Shown here: positions 49,656-61,735 of the stretch, in pieces
How positions within the stretch are numbered: position 1 is the stretch's first letter
Layout: each line of letters opens with the position of its first letter
The notes under the pieces: generated by a model
Told to the model about the DNA's origin: nothing
The model's database searches: none
The model's input: the letters and a program-made list of their open reading frames with translations, nothing else
Source of the DNA: Octopus sinensis
Taxonomy: Eukaryota
Direction: 5' to 3'
DNA length: 64,000 nt
NCBI RefSeq assembly: GCF_006345805.1
Contig: NC_043008.1
Coordinates: 67,890,001 to 67,954,000, forward strand
Made by a program: the position numbers and the translations under genes

Positions 49656-49659
<4 letters not shown>
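49275..49659. mobile_element. Penelope-like terminus with an inverted duplication (arms 49457-49543 and 49569-49659)
   Basis: About 87-bp hairpin arms; hammerhead motif in the right arm. Confidence 0.7.
49560..49620 (+). ncRNA. Type-I hammerhead motif, core G12 mutated in this arm
   Basis: GATAA-CTGAAGA-GATG...CATCC-AAAA-CTCGGAG-TT-TTATC; the inverted arm retains CGAAA; near-palindromic ACTCGGAGT stem III. Confidence 0.6.
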
Positions 49660-49702
<43 letters not shown>

Positions 49703-49707
<5 letters not shown>

Positions 49708-50189
49708 CTTTACTACCCACAAGGGGCTAAACACAGAGGGGACAAACAAGGACAGACAAAGCGATTAAATCGATTCCATCGGCCCCAGTGCGTAACTGGT
49801 ACTTAATTTATCGACCCCGAAAGGATGAAAGGCAAAGTCAACCTCGGCGGAATTTGAACCCAGAACGTAACGGCAGACGAAATACAGCTACGCATTTCGC
49901 CCGGCGTGCTACCGTTTCGGCCAGCTCGCCGCCTTTGTAAAGACAGACGATATACCTATTTCTTTACTACCCACAAGGGGCTAAACACAGAGGGGACAAA
50001 CAAGGACAGACAAAGGGATTAAGTCGATTACATCGACCCCAGTGCGTAACTGGTACTGAATTTATCGACCCCGAAAGGATGAAAGGTTAAGTCGACCTCG
50101 ACGGAATTTGAACTCGGAACGTAACGGCAGACGAAATACGGCTATGTATTTTGCCCGGCGTGCTAACGATTCTGCCAGTTCGCCGCCTT
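49703..50189 (-). mobile_element. Two adjacent SINE family A (B1) copies
   Basis: 49703-49935 and ~49950-50189; the upstream copy on the minus strand runs past AAAGAAATA into GGTATATCGTCTGTCTTTAC. Confidence 0.9.
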
Positions 50190-50265
50190 CACATATATAT
50201 ATATACACACACAACACACACACACACACACATACATGGGCGGATGCATATATTCTTTTACTCTT

Positions 50266-50474
50266 TTACTTGTTTCAGACATGTGACTGCGGTCATGCTG
50301 GAGCACCGCCTTTAGTCGAGCAAATCGACTCCAGGACTTATTTTTTGTAAGCCTAGTAACTATTCTATCGGTCTCCTTTGCCGAACCGCTAAGTTACTGG
50401 GACGTAAACGCACCAGCATCGGTTGTCAAGCAATGTTGGGGGGACAAACAGACTCACAAACATATACAAACACA

Positions 50475-50520
<46 letters not shown>

Positions 50521-50695
50521 ATATATATACGACGGGCTTCTTTTCAGTTTCCGTCTACCAAATCCACTCACAAGGCTTTGGTCGGCCCGAGGTTATAGTA
50601 GAAGACACTTGCCCAAGGTGTCACGCAGTGAGACTAAACCCTGAACCATGTGGTTGGTAAGCAAGCTACTTACCACACATCCACTCCTGCGCCTG
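50266..50695 (-). mobile_element. SINE family B, full length
   Basis: Reverse complement of family B with an internal (TA)n. Confidence 0.9.
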
Positions 50696-50803
50696 TACAT
50701 GAACATTTATACACGCACGCATACTCACACACAAATAACATATGAAACTTTCGGTCCTTGAGTCACTCTGTTGCTTCTGCTAAATATTAATAAAAAATAT
50801 ATA

Positions 50804-52424
50804 CAGTAGCGACCATAATACAAGGGTCAGTAAGAACAAGTGTATTGAAATATTTATTATAGAACATTAACAAAGAGTTGAGACTAGATATTTTACACAT
50901 ATTTAGATATATCTAATATCTATCTTTCGTGAAAATTTCAAGTGAATGGAATTAACATTTTGTAAGTTATGAGGAAATAAACAAATAATCTTCCAAACTG
51001 CAACGGACAAAAGTTAAGGGTCACTTAGAAAACAATGAAAAATGGAACAAGAACAAAAAAGAAACCCTCACTATTAATATTTTGTGAACATCCCTTTACT
51101 ATCAATGACCTCCTGACATCTTTTACCAGAGGAATGAATTAATTTCTTGCAAAATGATGGAGTAATATTGTTCCATTCGTTTTTCAAAAATTCCCAGAAT
51201 TCATCTTGGTTCTTTGGATTTCTCCTTCACGCTCCATCTCCAATAATCTTCCAAACGTTTTCCATATGGTTGAGTTCGGGAATTTAAGGTGGCTAGTCCA
51301 TGAGATCAACACCTTCATCACTCAAAAAAATCTTTGACTCTCTGCGCGGTGTAGCAGGGAGCGTTGTCCTGCATGAAGATAGGAGGTTGAATTGACAAGG
51401 ATCGGAGATGTGGACGGGCATGCTGTCTAAGAATCTGCTTGTAGATTTCAGCATTCATAGTCTCTTGTAGGTGAATAAGTGGACCGGGACCAACAGCAGA
51501 GATCACTCCCCATACAATTACACTGCCTCTTCCATATTACACTGTCTTCTTCACACATGCACGAGATAATCTTCCGCCACTTCTTCGTCTGACGTACATC
51601 CGCCATCGGAACCAATCACATTAAACTTCGACTCATCGTTAAAATGAACCTTCGACCACTGTTCTTCTGTCCAAATAACATGTTCGTGAGCGAAACGAAG
51701 ACGGGCTTTTTGATTCTTCTTGGTGATCAGAAATTTCTTTGCCGGTGCTCGAGCATGCAAACCAGAACCTTGTAACCTCCGAGAAACTGCTTTGCCTGTT
51801 ACGTTGACATCGGAAGTGGAACAAAACTCGCAGGTTATCTCAGCAGCACTCTTAAGCCAAATCCTTCAGTGACATTCTAACCATAATACGAGCCTCCCTT
51901 GGTGAAGTTTTACGAGGTCTAACGGTTTTGGGTTTAGTATCTATCGATCTTGACTTAAAACGAGCTACAATTCTTTGCACGACACTTCTAGGCCTTCCTA
52001 CAGTAGTTGTAATACTAGAATCTGACTTGCCCTTTTAGTGAAGGCACACAATGTTTTGTTTTTCATCACAGGACACCGGTCGTCTCTCACAAGCCACCAT
52101 GTTGACAGTTGAATGTTCCAATAATGTAAGATCATGAGAAGTAACTGTTAGCCCATTAATAGTCTTCTAAACAACAAATACCCCAGTTAGTAGTTCATTT
52201 TTTCTAAGTGACCCTTAAAATTTGGCCGCTACAATTTGGAAGATTGTTTGTTACCTCAAAACTTACGAAATATTTATTTCATCCGCTTGAAATTTTCACG
52301 AAAGATAGATATTAGATATATCTAAATATGTGTAAAATATCTAGTCTCAGCGTGTTGTTAATCCTCTATAATAACTATTTCAATACACTTGTTCTTACTG
52401 ATCTTTATATTATGGCCGCTGCTC
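50804..52424 (-). mobile_element. Full-length (1621 bp) Tc1 transposon with ~250-bp TIRs; transposase disrupted
   Basis: TA at 50802-50803 and 52425-52426; TIR starts CAGTAGCGACCATAATA; motifs VHFNDESKF, FMQDNAPCY and ELNHMENVW (DD34E-type); frameshifts and stops. Confidence 0.95.
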
Positions 52425-52443
52425 TACATATACTCATATTTTA

Positions 52444-52831
52444 GTGGAGGCGCAATGGCCCAGTGGTTAGGGCAGCGGACTCGCGGTCATAGGATCGCGG
52501 TTTCGATTCCCAGACCGGGCGTTGTGAGTGTTTATTGAGCGAAAACACCTAAAGCTCCACGAGGCTCCGGCAGGGGATGGTGGTGATCCCTGCTGTACTC
52601 TTTCACCACAACTTTCTCTCACTCTTACTTCCTGTTTCTGTTGTACCTGTATTTCAAAGGGCCGGCCTTGTCACTCTCTGTGTCACGCTGAATATCCCCG
52701 AGAACTACGTTAAGGGTACACGTGTCTGTGGAGTGCTCAGCCACTTACACGTTAATTTCACGAGCAGGCTGTTCCGTTGATTCGGATCAACCGGAACCCT
52801 CGTCGTCGAAACCGACGGAGTGCTTCCATTC
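52444..52831 (+). mobile_element. SINE family C (type 2/2)
   Basis: A-box TGGCCCAGTGG, B-box GGTTTCGATTCCC; TSD TACTCATATTTTA at 52431-52443 and 52832-52844. Confidence 0.95.
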
Positions 52832-52889
52832 TACTCATATTTTAAGTTCTAATTTTCCTCTTTGTATCACCATACTTATATATATATAT

Positions 52890-53523
52890 AATTTATAAGT
52901 AAGGGCAAAAGAAAAAAATTTCTAATGCCAAAATATGCCGAAAATTCGTCACTACAAGCACGTGTTTCAAAGAAAACCGACAGAAATTTCTAAAAAATCC
53001 CGTTGCCCATTGATAGAATTTTTTTCGAAAAATTTTATCCTACATTAAATATTAATTTAATAGTGTTCACTTCCGGACTCTCTCACTTTACGAGAGTTTT
53101 TCAGTTCGAATCGCACGTGTCTCAAGGTGTGCTAGAGAGTTTCTATTTTGGATATATTTGGGGTACTTAGTTGTGCTCATGACTTCGTGTTTGCTTCTTC
53201 CATGGGTGTAAGTATTTCATTTATTTCTGTACCGCATTTATCACTGATGAAGGGAAGGTTCTTATGAACTAACTCTGAAATCGGGTCCAATATGATAATA
53301 ACGGAATTTTTTAGAAATTTCTGTCGGCTTTCTTTGAAACACGTGCTTGTAGTGACGAATTATAATGGTTATTGACGTTGTGTCTATTTTCGGCATATTT
53401 TGGCATTAGAAATTTTTTCTTTTGCTCTTACTTATAAATTGTTTATAAATTTAACCTTTAAATGTATTTTTTTTAATATGCTGACCATTGATAGAATTTT
53501 TTCGAAAAATTTTATCCTACATT

Positions 53524-53524
<1 letters not shown>
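52890..53524 (+). mobile_element. Penelope-like pseudo-LTR remnant with inverted arm and direct repeat
   Basis: 52890-53004 is inverted against 53300-53440 (30-bp indel); CCATTGATAGAATTTT...CCTACATTA repeated at 53007-53047 and 53485-53524; contains a hammerhead. Confidence 0.7.
53238..53298 (+). ncRNA. Type-I hammerhead ribozyme motif (PLE-type), best preserved copy
   Basis: TTATCA-CTGATGA(53244-53250)-AGGG..GTTCTTATGAAC..CTCT-GAAA(53277-53280)-TCGGGTCCAA-TA-TGATAA; perfect 6-bp stem I; AUA triplet. Confidence 0.8.
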
Positions 53525-53571
<47 letters not shown>

Positions 53572-53574
53572 AAA

Positions 53575-54925
53575 TGGGACAAGAACGCAAAACATCCGGA
53601 CAACTAGGTGAAACAAAAAGGGACAACAAAACATCCAGATAGATGATACAAAAAACAAGGACGGGTCATTGGAAGCCTTTTATCCTCAGTCAAGAACCGG
53701 ATCATCCTCGCAATTTCAGCTGATTAATCTTGAGATTGCTCCAATCTGGCCAGCCCCAAGGAAAAACTAATGTGTGTGTGTGTGTGTGTACAAATAAATG
53801 TTTGGAGGTATGGTGTTATATATTATAAAGTCGTTGACTCGAATTTGATGTTTGTTTTATGATCAATGTTTTTTTTTATCTCTGTCTCAATTACATTTGA
53901 GCATTTCTTTTTTGCAGTCCTATAAACCCTTTTGTTTCCATAAAAAGAGACAAAAATAATTTTTTGCCGTATATATATATATATATATTAAGGTATGTAG
54001 AAAAATACAACATGGACAAGAACAAAAAAATAATGGAATACAGAAACATGAAATACAGAAGCATTAACGGTGAAAACAACAACAAGTGTCTTACGACTGA
54101 TAACAAGCAAACAAATTATTTCTCTGGCGCAAGGAAAGGAGCCTTATCGGCGATGCCTATAGCGGCGGACGAAAAACAACGATGTTAACACGACGCTGGT
54201 CAGAAGCTGAAAGGCAGATTTCGGCCAGCAGTCACGTGACAGAGAAGAGAGAAAAGAAAAGAAAGAGAAGCAACGGAAGAGAGAGAGAGAGAGGAGGGAC
54301 AAACGCAACAAAGAGAGAGAAGAGAGAGAAAGAAGGAATCAGAGAGGAGAAGGGATGGGTGTCGAAGATTGACCTGTGAGTGCAGAGCGAGACAAAGAAT
54401 TAGGAGGGTAGTGGAAGATTAGACCAAAGAATCAGAGGAAAGAGAAGAGAAAAAGAGGATGAGTAGAGAGAGAGGGGACAGATCAAGTAAAAGTGAGAGA
54501 GAGAGAGAGACAAACAAAGAGTCGTACCAGTTATTAAGAATATGTGCTCACATTAATGTTAAGAGGGTACGTGGCGCCTGGAATATATGTTAAGGTATGT
54601 AGAAAAATACAACATGGACAAGAACGTATAACTCTTAGAAGACGATACAATAAACACGGACAGGACATTCGAAACCCTCAGTCTTCAGTCAAGAACCGGA
54701 TCATCGTAGTAATTTCGGCTGATTAATCTTGAGATTACTAGATCACGGCCAGCCCTCCAAGAAAAACTAAGCAACGAACGAGCATTAAAAAACTAAGCTG
54801 GGAGCGTAGATTTCCTGGAAGAAGGATCGAATGCATACGGACACCAGGACAGCAAAAGGGACGAATATAAAAAAAACAAAAAAATAATGGAATACAGAAA
54901 CATGAAATACAGAAGCATTAACGGT
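53575..54925 (-). mobile_element. Fragments of an unclassified (probably Penelope-like) repeat family, also at 61520-62180 (+)
   Basis: 53640-53770, 54660-54780 and the reverse complement of 62010-62160 are homologous; 54075-54260 matches the reverse complement of ~61735-61915; 53987-54072 is an internally deleted duplicate of 54591-54925. Confidence 0.55.
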
Positions 54926-55904
54926 ACATACATACATACATACATACATACATACATACATACATACATACATACATACATACATACATACATACATACT
55001 ACATACATACATGCATACATACATATATAAATATATATATATATATATATTGTAAAGAAAAGTTAAATTTAATATCGGATGTCACCACGAAGTGTAAGAT
55101 ACTAGACTTTGAGGTGCCATTCGTGAAGCACTGAAAGAATAAAGCGCCTACTGTTATGTTAATGAGTTCCATATAAGGAAATAATATCTTGTAGATCACT
55201 ATAAAACAATATTGGAGTTATCTCCCCTGCAGAGTCCATATGGTTATGAAAACTACAGAGGTTTCTTATACGACCTTGTGACGTCTAAGTGGGGTTTGAT
55301 GTGGTTAGAACCCCGCATGTTCTGTCTGCATATCGGTCAACAACTAGAATAAAATATTCCTTTCTTTGCTGCTGCTGCTGCTGCTTTTGTTAGTGGTATA
55401 GTTGTTGTTGCTGTTGTTGTTATATTTGTTTTAAGGCTTTTGTTGTGTTGATGTTGTTGTCGTTGCTGTTCTTGTTATTGTTGTTGTTGATGTTGATGAC
55501 ATTGTTTTTTGTTGTTTAGTCCCAGATGAATCTTCAGCGAACAGACATATCATCAAAGATTTAATCCAGACATGACAGTCACGTCTTATTTGGTGACGGT
55601 AGTGTAGGACTTCCCCATGTAATGTATCATTGTTTAAGACAATAATTTATAAAAACTTAGTCGGCTGCTATTTCTACCCCGTCGCACGACAAGTAGAAGC
55701 TACTTCATGGGACCCATTCTGCCACAAATGGGCCGATGTTAATAGAGTGGCTAACAGCATGGCATCACGAAAGAGAAAATGAAAAATTATGGCATTCTTT
55801 CGATATAACTCGACAAAATCAAAACATTTCACTTCGGGTATTTCCGTGGAAGAAAATGACAGTTCGATTCTGTTTTCTGCTTGGAAATTTGCGGATTTTA
55901 CCTA

Positions 55905-56110
55905 CACACATGGGATCTTTTCATTTTGAAGGCCAGATTTTTCAAATTTTTCTAGTTAACTAAATAATTTGAAACTTTGTATACTGGTAGAATGTGTCAA
56001 AAGGAAACATTAATTTCAACTAGTTTTTTTGAGAAAAATGTATTTTATAAGTTTAAACGTAGTTTAAATCTGAGAATTTTAACCAATCGTATTGTCTGTT
56101 TTCATTTGAA
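55905..56110 (+). mobile_element. Solo diverged TIR related to the 2070-2841 element
   Basis: Shared GGATCTTTTC...TTTCTAGTT(G/A)ACTAAA...GTATACTGGTAGAATGTGTCAAAA...TTTTAACCAATCG. Confidence 0.65.
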
Positions 56111-56780
56111 ATCATTAACTGCATAGTGTTACTGTGACGTAGACAGCTATTTTGTGAAAATTTTAAACAGCGTGGGTAAGCAGTAAGCAAACAGCTGTGG
56201 TAGATGTGGTTATCAAATATGCAAGGCTTTTTTTCTTCAAGTTTAAAATGAGACATTGCTGGCATAATTTCGTTATATCTATACTCCACAACCCACGGAA
56301 ATACCCCAAGTGAAAAGTTTTGATTTTGTCGAGTTATATCGAAAGAATGCCAAAATTATTCTCTTTTATCTATTTGGTCGGCAATTTCTATTAAAAAAAT
56401 TTGTCCTTTTTTTTCACACGGTCGCACGCACGCGCCCACACACACACACACATACACACACACACTCATTGTCTTTCGTGCCCACGAACGAGTTGAGCAG
56501 TCAAACACACACATACACATACATTATTCTTTGGTTTCACGAATCGCTTGTTTACGTATTTGTGTATGTGCATATGTATGTATGTATGTATGTGTGTATG
56601 TATGTATGCATAGGTCTGTGTGTGAACTGAAAAAGAAAAGAAAGAAAAAAATTTACAGAACAAACATATAAAACAACAATTTTTATTTTCACTTTGGTGA
56701 TACCATCTCTGAAGGAATGCCTTTGCTAATTAGTTTAAGAGAATAATTAAACATTGGTGATTATATTAGAATCCAGCATG

Positions 56781-56977
56781 AGGACGGCGAGATGGCAGAA
56801 TCGTTAGCACGCCAGGTAAAATGCTTGGCGGCTTTCCGTCTGTCATTACATTCTGATTTCAAACTCCACTGAGGTCGATTTTGCTTTTCATCCTTTTGTG
56901 GCCAATAAAATAAGTGCACTAGGGTTGACTTATCCCCTCCACCGAAATTGCTGGCCTTGTGCCAAAATTTGAAATCG
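56781..56977 (+). mobile_element. SINE family A (head + B2)
   Basis: TSD ATATTAGAATCCAGCATG at 56763-56780 and 56978-56995. Confidence 0.9.
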
Positions 56978-57141
56978 ATATTAGAATCCAGCATGTCTTC
57001 ATTCAGTCACATCAACGTGGTAAATCTAACCCTCTCAGTACAGCTTACGGTACCAGAATTTCATATAAGTAAATCTAAAACGATTACTCAGAAAAAACTA
57101 ATTTAAATGTCTTATGGTGTGTGTTGTGATATAGCTTACTC

Positions 57142-57524
57142 GTGGAGGCGCAATGGCCCAGTGGTTAGGGCAGCGGACTCGCGGTCGTAGGATCGCGGTT
57201 TCGATTCCCAGACCGGGCGTTGTGAGTGTTTATTGAGCGAAAACACCTAAAGCTCCACGAGGTTCCGGCAGGGGATGGTGGTGATCCCTGCTGTACTCTT
57301 TCACCACAACTTTCTCACACTCTTTCTTCCTGTTTCTGTTGTACCTGTATTTCAAAGGGCCGGCCTTGTCACTCTCTGTGTCACGCTGAATATCCCCGAG
57401 AACTACGTTAAGGGTACACGTGTCTGTGGAGTGCTCAGCCACTTACACGTTAATTTCACGAGCAGGCTGTTCCGTTGGTCGAATCAACCGGAACACTCAT
57501 CGTCGTAACCGACGGAGTGCTTCC
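57142..57524 (+). mobile_element. SINE family C (type 2/2)
   Basis: TSD ATAGCTTACTC at 57131-57141 and 57525-57535. Confidence 0.95.
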
Positions 57525-57779
57525 ATAGCTTACTCAGAGAAGGAAGATCAGTGTCCTCCATGCTATTTACAGTGTATCCGGGGCAGTGTTGCAAGTATCA
57601 ATGGTTTACCATCGCTATGGTGTGTGTTGTGTCTTTGAAAACCATCGTCGTGTGGTCCAGCTGGCGGCAAGACTTCCTTTTGTACCTCCCCCCACCCCCA
57701 AAAACTTTCTTTATTTAATTTATATATATATATATACACAAACCTCCGCTTTCGGCTACGGAGAATACGAATCTGCAAA

Positions 57780-58135
57780 AAAATTGGCAAAAATCGGCAT
57801 TTTGAAACTTTTGCTTTTCAAAATATGCGGAATAATACGGAGATTATGATTCTGAAAAAAATTTCCAAAAATTTTTGTTGTTAAGGTTAGGGTTACGGTT
57901 ACTGTTAGGGTTTTAGGGTTAGGGTTTGGCTTAGGGTTTTAGGGTTAGGGTTAGGGTTTTAGGGTTAGAGTTAGGATTAGGATTTTAGGGTTAAGGTTAG
58001 GGTTTTAGGATTAGGGTTTGGGTTTTAGGGGTAGGGTTACTGTTAGAGTTAAAGAAAAAGTGAAAAACGAAGAAATTGCGGGGAATGGCGGAATGGTGGT
58101 TCAGATATTTCAAAATGCCGATTTTTGGCAATTTT
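57780..58135. repeat. Degenerate (TTAGGG)n tract (~57871-58050) bracketed by 28-bp inverted repeats
   Basis: AAAATTGGCAAAAATCGGCATTTTGAAA (57780-57807) and TTTCAAAATGCCGATTTTTGGCAATTTT (58108-58135), one mismatch. Confidence 0.85.
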
Positions 58136-58363
58136 CCGGAATATCAGTATTTTTGGTAAAAAAAAATTGCGAGGAAATGGCGAGTGGGGGGAGCGGGAGG
58201 AAGTTTTTCCCAGCCGGCTTTGTGCGTAACAAACTGAACAGACTCACAAAATTAACTTTTAACATATTTATTGCTGGACATGGTTTACTGCGTCGGCTGT
58301 TTACCAAAAAAAGTTATGCTGATAATATAACCGCCAACTAGGAAGAAGAAACAGCTGTGTGTC

Positions 58364-58829
58364 TGTAGAAGGCTAGCTGTTGGGCATCGTGTCCGAATGT
58401 CCGAAGTCATTTCTTGTTCGAGATGGTTTAGTCTTAGCAGTCTGCCTTCTGTGAGTACCCAACGAATGCCCGAGATCATCTTATCTTAGCAGTCTGCAGA
58501 AGCCGTCTGGTTTTAACAGTCTGCCGAGGCCGTCTGGTTGTGGCAGTCTGCCTTCCGTGAGTATCCAACCTGGTCTACGCGACTGTCTTATCTTTGCAGC
58601 CTACAGAAGCCGTCTGGTTTTAGTTGTATACCGAGGCCATCTGGCTGAGTTAGGCACCAGAGAGTTTTCATTGGGTGAAAACGGGGGCGAATTTTAGATC
58701 ATCCGATGAACCGTGTCACACCACAGCTTCGTACTGACTGGTCGATTTATAAATCAATCCCGTGAAACTGTGGTGTTCACTCGTTATTCCTAACCTAATA
58801 TCTCGGCGGTTGGGGTCAGAATCCCTACA
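58364..58829 (+). repeat. Probable 5' LTR with internal tandem repeats
   Basis: TGTAG...CTACA termini followed by a PBS-like ATTGGAAGCGAG; internal repeats of GCAGTCTGCC and GCCGTCTGGTT. Confidence 0.5.
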
Positions 58830-59699
58830 ATTGGAAGCGAGGTAAAACGCAAAGTTACAACAGAGTGCTCTTCGTTAAAGACGTCTCGGAGGAACAGGTA
58901 ACGATGTTAAATAGGATGATATACGAAGTCTAATTCCAAGAAGATTCACCTTTCCTCCTATGGACTTCCATGCAGTTTCCGTCTACCATATTTCACTCAG
59001 AAGGTGATGATTGATCCATGGTTGTGGTAAAAGATTCTTCACAATGTATCGTGTAATGGACTCGAGCATGCTCTCTAACTCTTAACGCAAATATTATTTG
59101 TCGACTCATACACTATAAACAAAGTGTTACACCATACACATATTGACAAATCACCTTAATTGTTAAATATCCACAATCAGACGACCAATTCTGAATATCA
59201 ATTCGTATATATTTTACATCCAACTTTCAGACCCGGATACTCCCTACATCAGCTATAGACAAGTAGACACTATGGATTCGGAAACTATCGCTTATCCCAC
59301 CTGAACTGAAAGACAATGTCACGACCAAGGAGAGTCCGCATTCTTTCGGACTTTGCAGTGGGTTTTTTCCCTCAGTTAAAACACCAAACCGGATGCAATT
59401 GAAGACAACACGATCAGAATAAAACTGTTTTTATTTTACGATTCGTTAAGGATTTAATATTTGCTCTCAGATTCCGTCTTCTTTTGCAAGTGTCTGCCGT
59501 ATCCGTGATGAAGCATTCCCAAATTCCAACTCTGAAAACTTTTCCATGTCCATTAAGTATCTTGCTCCAAACTCACAAAATCCCATGTCGACAGAAAGCA
59601 CCTCATACCCTACTTTCTGTGAGTCTTACATGATCTCTTCTGCTCTTCATATTTTAGTCCTATTCTTTTACGTACCCACATAATTTTATCCACTTTGTC

Positions 59700-60300
59700 T
59701 CTTTCGAGTCTGACCCCAGCGCCGTCTCTCCTTCCATAGCCTCTAGCGGTTTTGTTGTCAGCCTTAAGATCCTAAGATGGTCCACGATTCCTCTGCCGAC
59801 GCCACATTCTCATCTACCAGGTTATTGTCGACATATGAACTAGTAGCTTGCTCCACTTTGGCCTCTTTGCTCAAAACCGCCTTGAGGACCTTCGCCACGA
59901 TCTTCGGCGCCGAACTCAGGCCGAAGCCCAGTCGGGTCAGGCAGTACGTTCTACCCCTGTACCTCACTAGTTGGTATTTCCACAACTTCTCTGATACATG
60001 GAGTTGCACATAGGCCATGTTGAGGTCGCCTATCGTAGTCATTCCCCCTCATTCGCCTCCACTTTCGAAGGGTTTCTCCACGCACGTCTGCTACCTCACA
60101 ACCCATATGACAGGACACATATTCGTTCATTTTCCTGAAGTCTAGCACCAGTCGAACTTTATTCTTTGTCGGCTGAACCACAGCCATCAACGGCAGCACC
60201 CCGCCCGTTGTTTCTTCACTCCATGGCATCAGAATGCCCTCCTCAATCCATCTCTTCACCTCTATCGCTGACAGCATGAAGAAAAAGGGGAAATTCACTT
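59700..60300 (-). pseudogene. Ty3/Gypsy RT fragment of a third, GC-richer family
   Basis: LPLMAVVQPTKNKVRLVLDFRKMN, DLNMAYVQL, RLGFGLSSAP and SYVDN (YxDD-like) in ORFs 59951-60298 and 59764-60042. Confidence 0.9.
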
Positions 60301-60892
60301 CTTACTCGCCGACGTGACGTCACCTCTCCCTCCTTCTGACCTTCCTTCCACCACAGAGTCACAGGTGAATGAGAGTAATGGTAATGTGAGTGTGTTGTTG
60401 ATTATCTATTGGCTGGATTTTTTCTGTCTTCTCGCTGAACACTCATGCGTCGTCTATGACGGTAGGGTCCGCCATAGCCTTATATGCGATGATTACTCCA
60501 TACTAACAGGTGATTGCTGTGTCTCTGTGCTTCCTCGTGCCAATAGCATTTCTCTGACTGACTTCCCGTCCATGACCTTTCAAATGACCTTTCGGTCCTG
60601 CAGCAGATCTGCTTGATTTAAACATAGGTGACACGTGAAAGTTGTAACTACCACTGGCCTGATCGGGTCGTTTTGTGGGATATTTTTGTGGACTGTCATA
60701 TATCTTTTCAGACTTGCAAACTTTTTCGCATATTACACATGTTGAATCACCAGGTCAAAGAGGGGTGACGTCGCATAGTTATTCGTACATGGGACAACAA
60801 ATAGTTGACATACCCAGCATTAGAAGTAGTACACGGTCAGACGTTTCACACCTCCAGCGCCTTATCCACATATATATAAATGTACATATATA

Positions 60893-61238
60893 GTGAAGGC
60901 GCGTGGCTCAGTGGTTAGAGCGTCGCGCTTACGATCGTGAGGTTGTGAGCTCGAATCCCGGACCGGGCTGCGTGTTGTGTTCTTGAGCAAGACACTTTAT
61001 TTCACGTTGCTCCAGTTCACTCAGCTGTAGAAATGAGTTGCGACGTCACAGGTGCCAAGCTGTATCGGCCCTTGCCTTTCCCTTGGACAACATCGGTGAC
61101 GTGGAGAGGGGAGGCCGGTATGCATGGGCGACTGCTGGTCTTCCATAAAAAACAAAACAACCTTGCCCAGACTTGTGCCTTAGAGGGTAACTCTCTAGGT
61201 GCAAACCCATGGTCAGTGTCTGACGGAAGGGGGTCACC
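60893..61238 (+). mobile_element. SINE family C (head/body type 1 with tail type 4)
   Basis: TGGCTCAGTGG A-box, CTTACGA anticodon-loop-like (ACG, Arg), CTTGAGCAAGACAC body, distinct tail GGGCGACTGCTGGTCTTCCATAAA...CCCATGGTC. Confidence 0.8.
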
Positions 61239-61478
61239 ACCACATATATAATATGCATTCATATATATATATATATTTCGTTTTTGGATTTGGTTTGCAA
61301 GATTCTTTATGTTCGTGTGTTGAAGCATATTCTGTAGTGTCTGGGGAGAGTCATTTTCTTTTTGTGCCGCATAATTTAACACACTCACCGGTAAAATTTC
61401 CCCTTATTTAATATTTTTATTTTCCTAAAATTTTCGTTGCGTCTTGCAACCTTTTCAATAGTCGTGACAATATATATA

Positions 61479-61519
<41 letters not shown>

Positions 61520-61522
<3 letters not shown>

Positions 61523-61692
61523 TTTCCTTTCTATCAGCCCCTTCACAATTACTTCGGTCATTCCACTCCTCGTTCTTTCGTTTCCCTTCTCTCACATTTC
61601 CTGGCCTTCTCTTCATGCTCACTTTCCCTCCTCTTTCACTTCACTGCGTCCCTTTCATTTTTTTTCTCGCTTCTCCTTAATTCTTCTATCCC

Positions 61693-61735
<43 letters not shown>

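Noticed and set aside
57563-57790. Minus-strand ORF EVLPPAGPHDDGFQRHN... as an exon
   Set aside because: No credible acceptor, runs into a (TA)n tract, no recognisable homology.
57871-58050. True chromosome end
   Set aside because: The array is short, degenerate and internal, with ordinary sequence on both sides.
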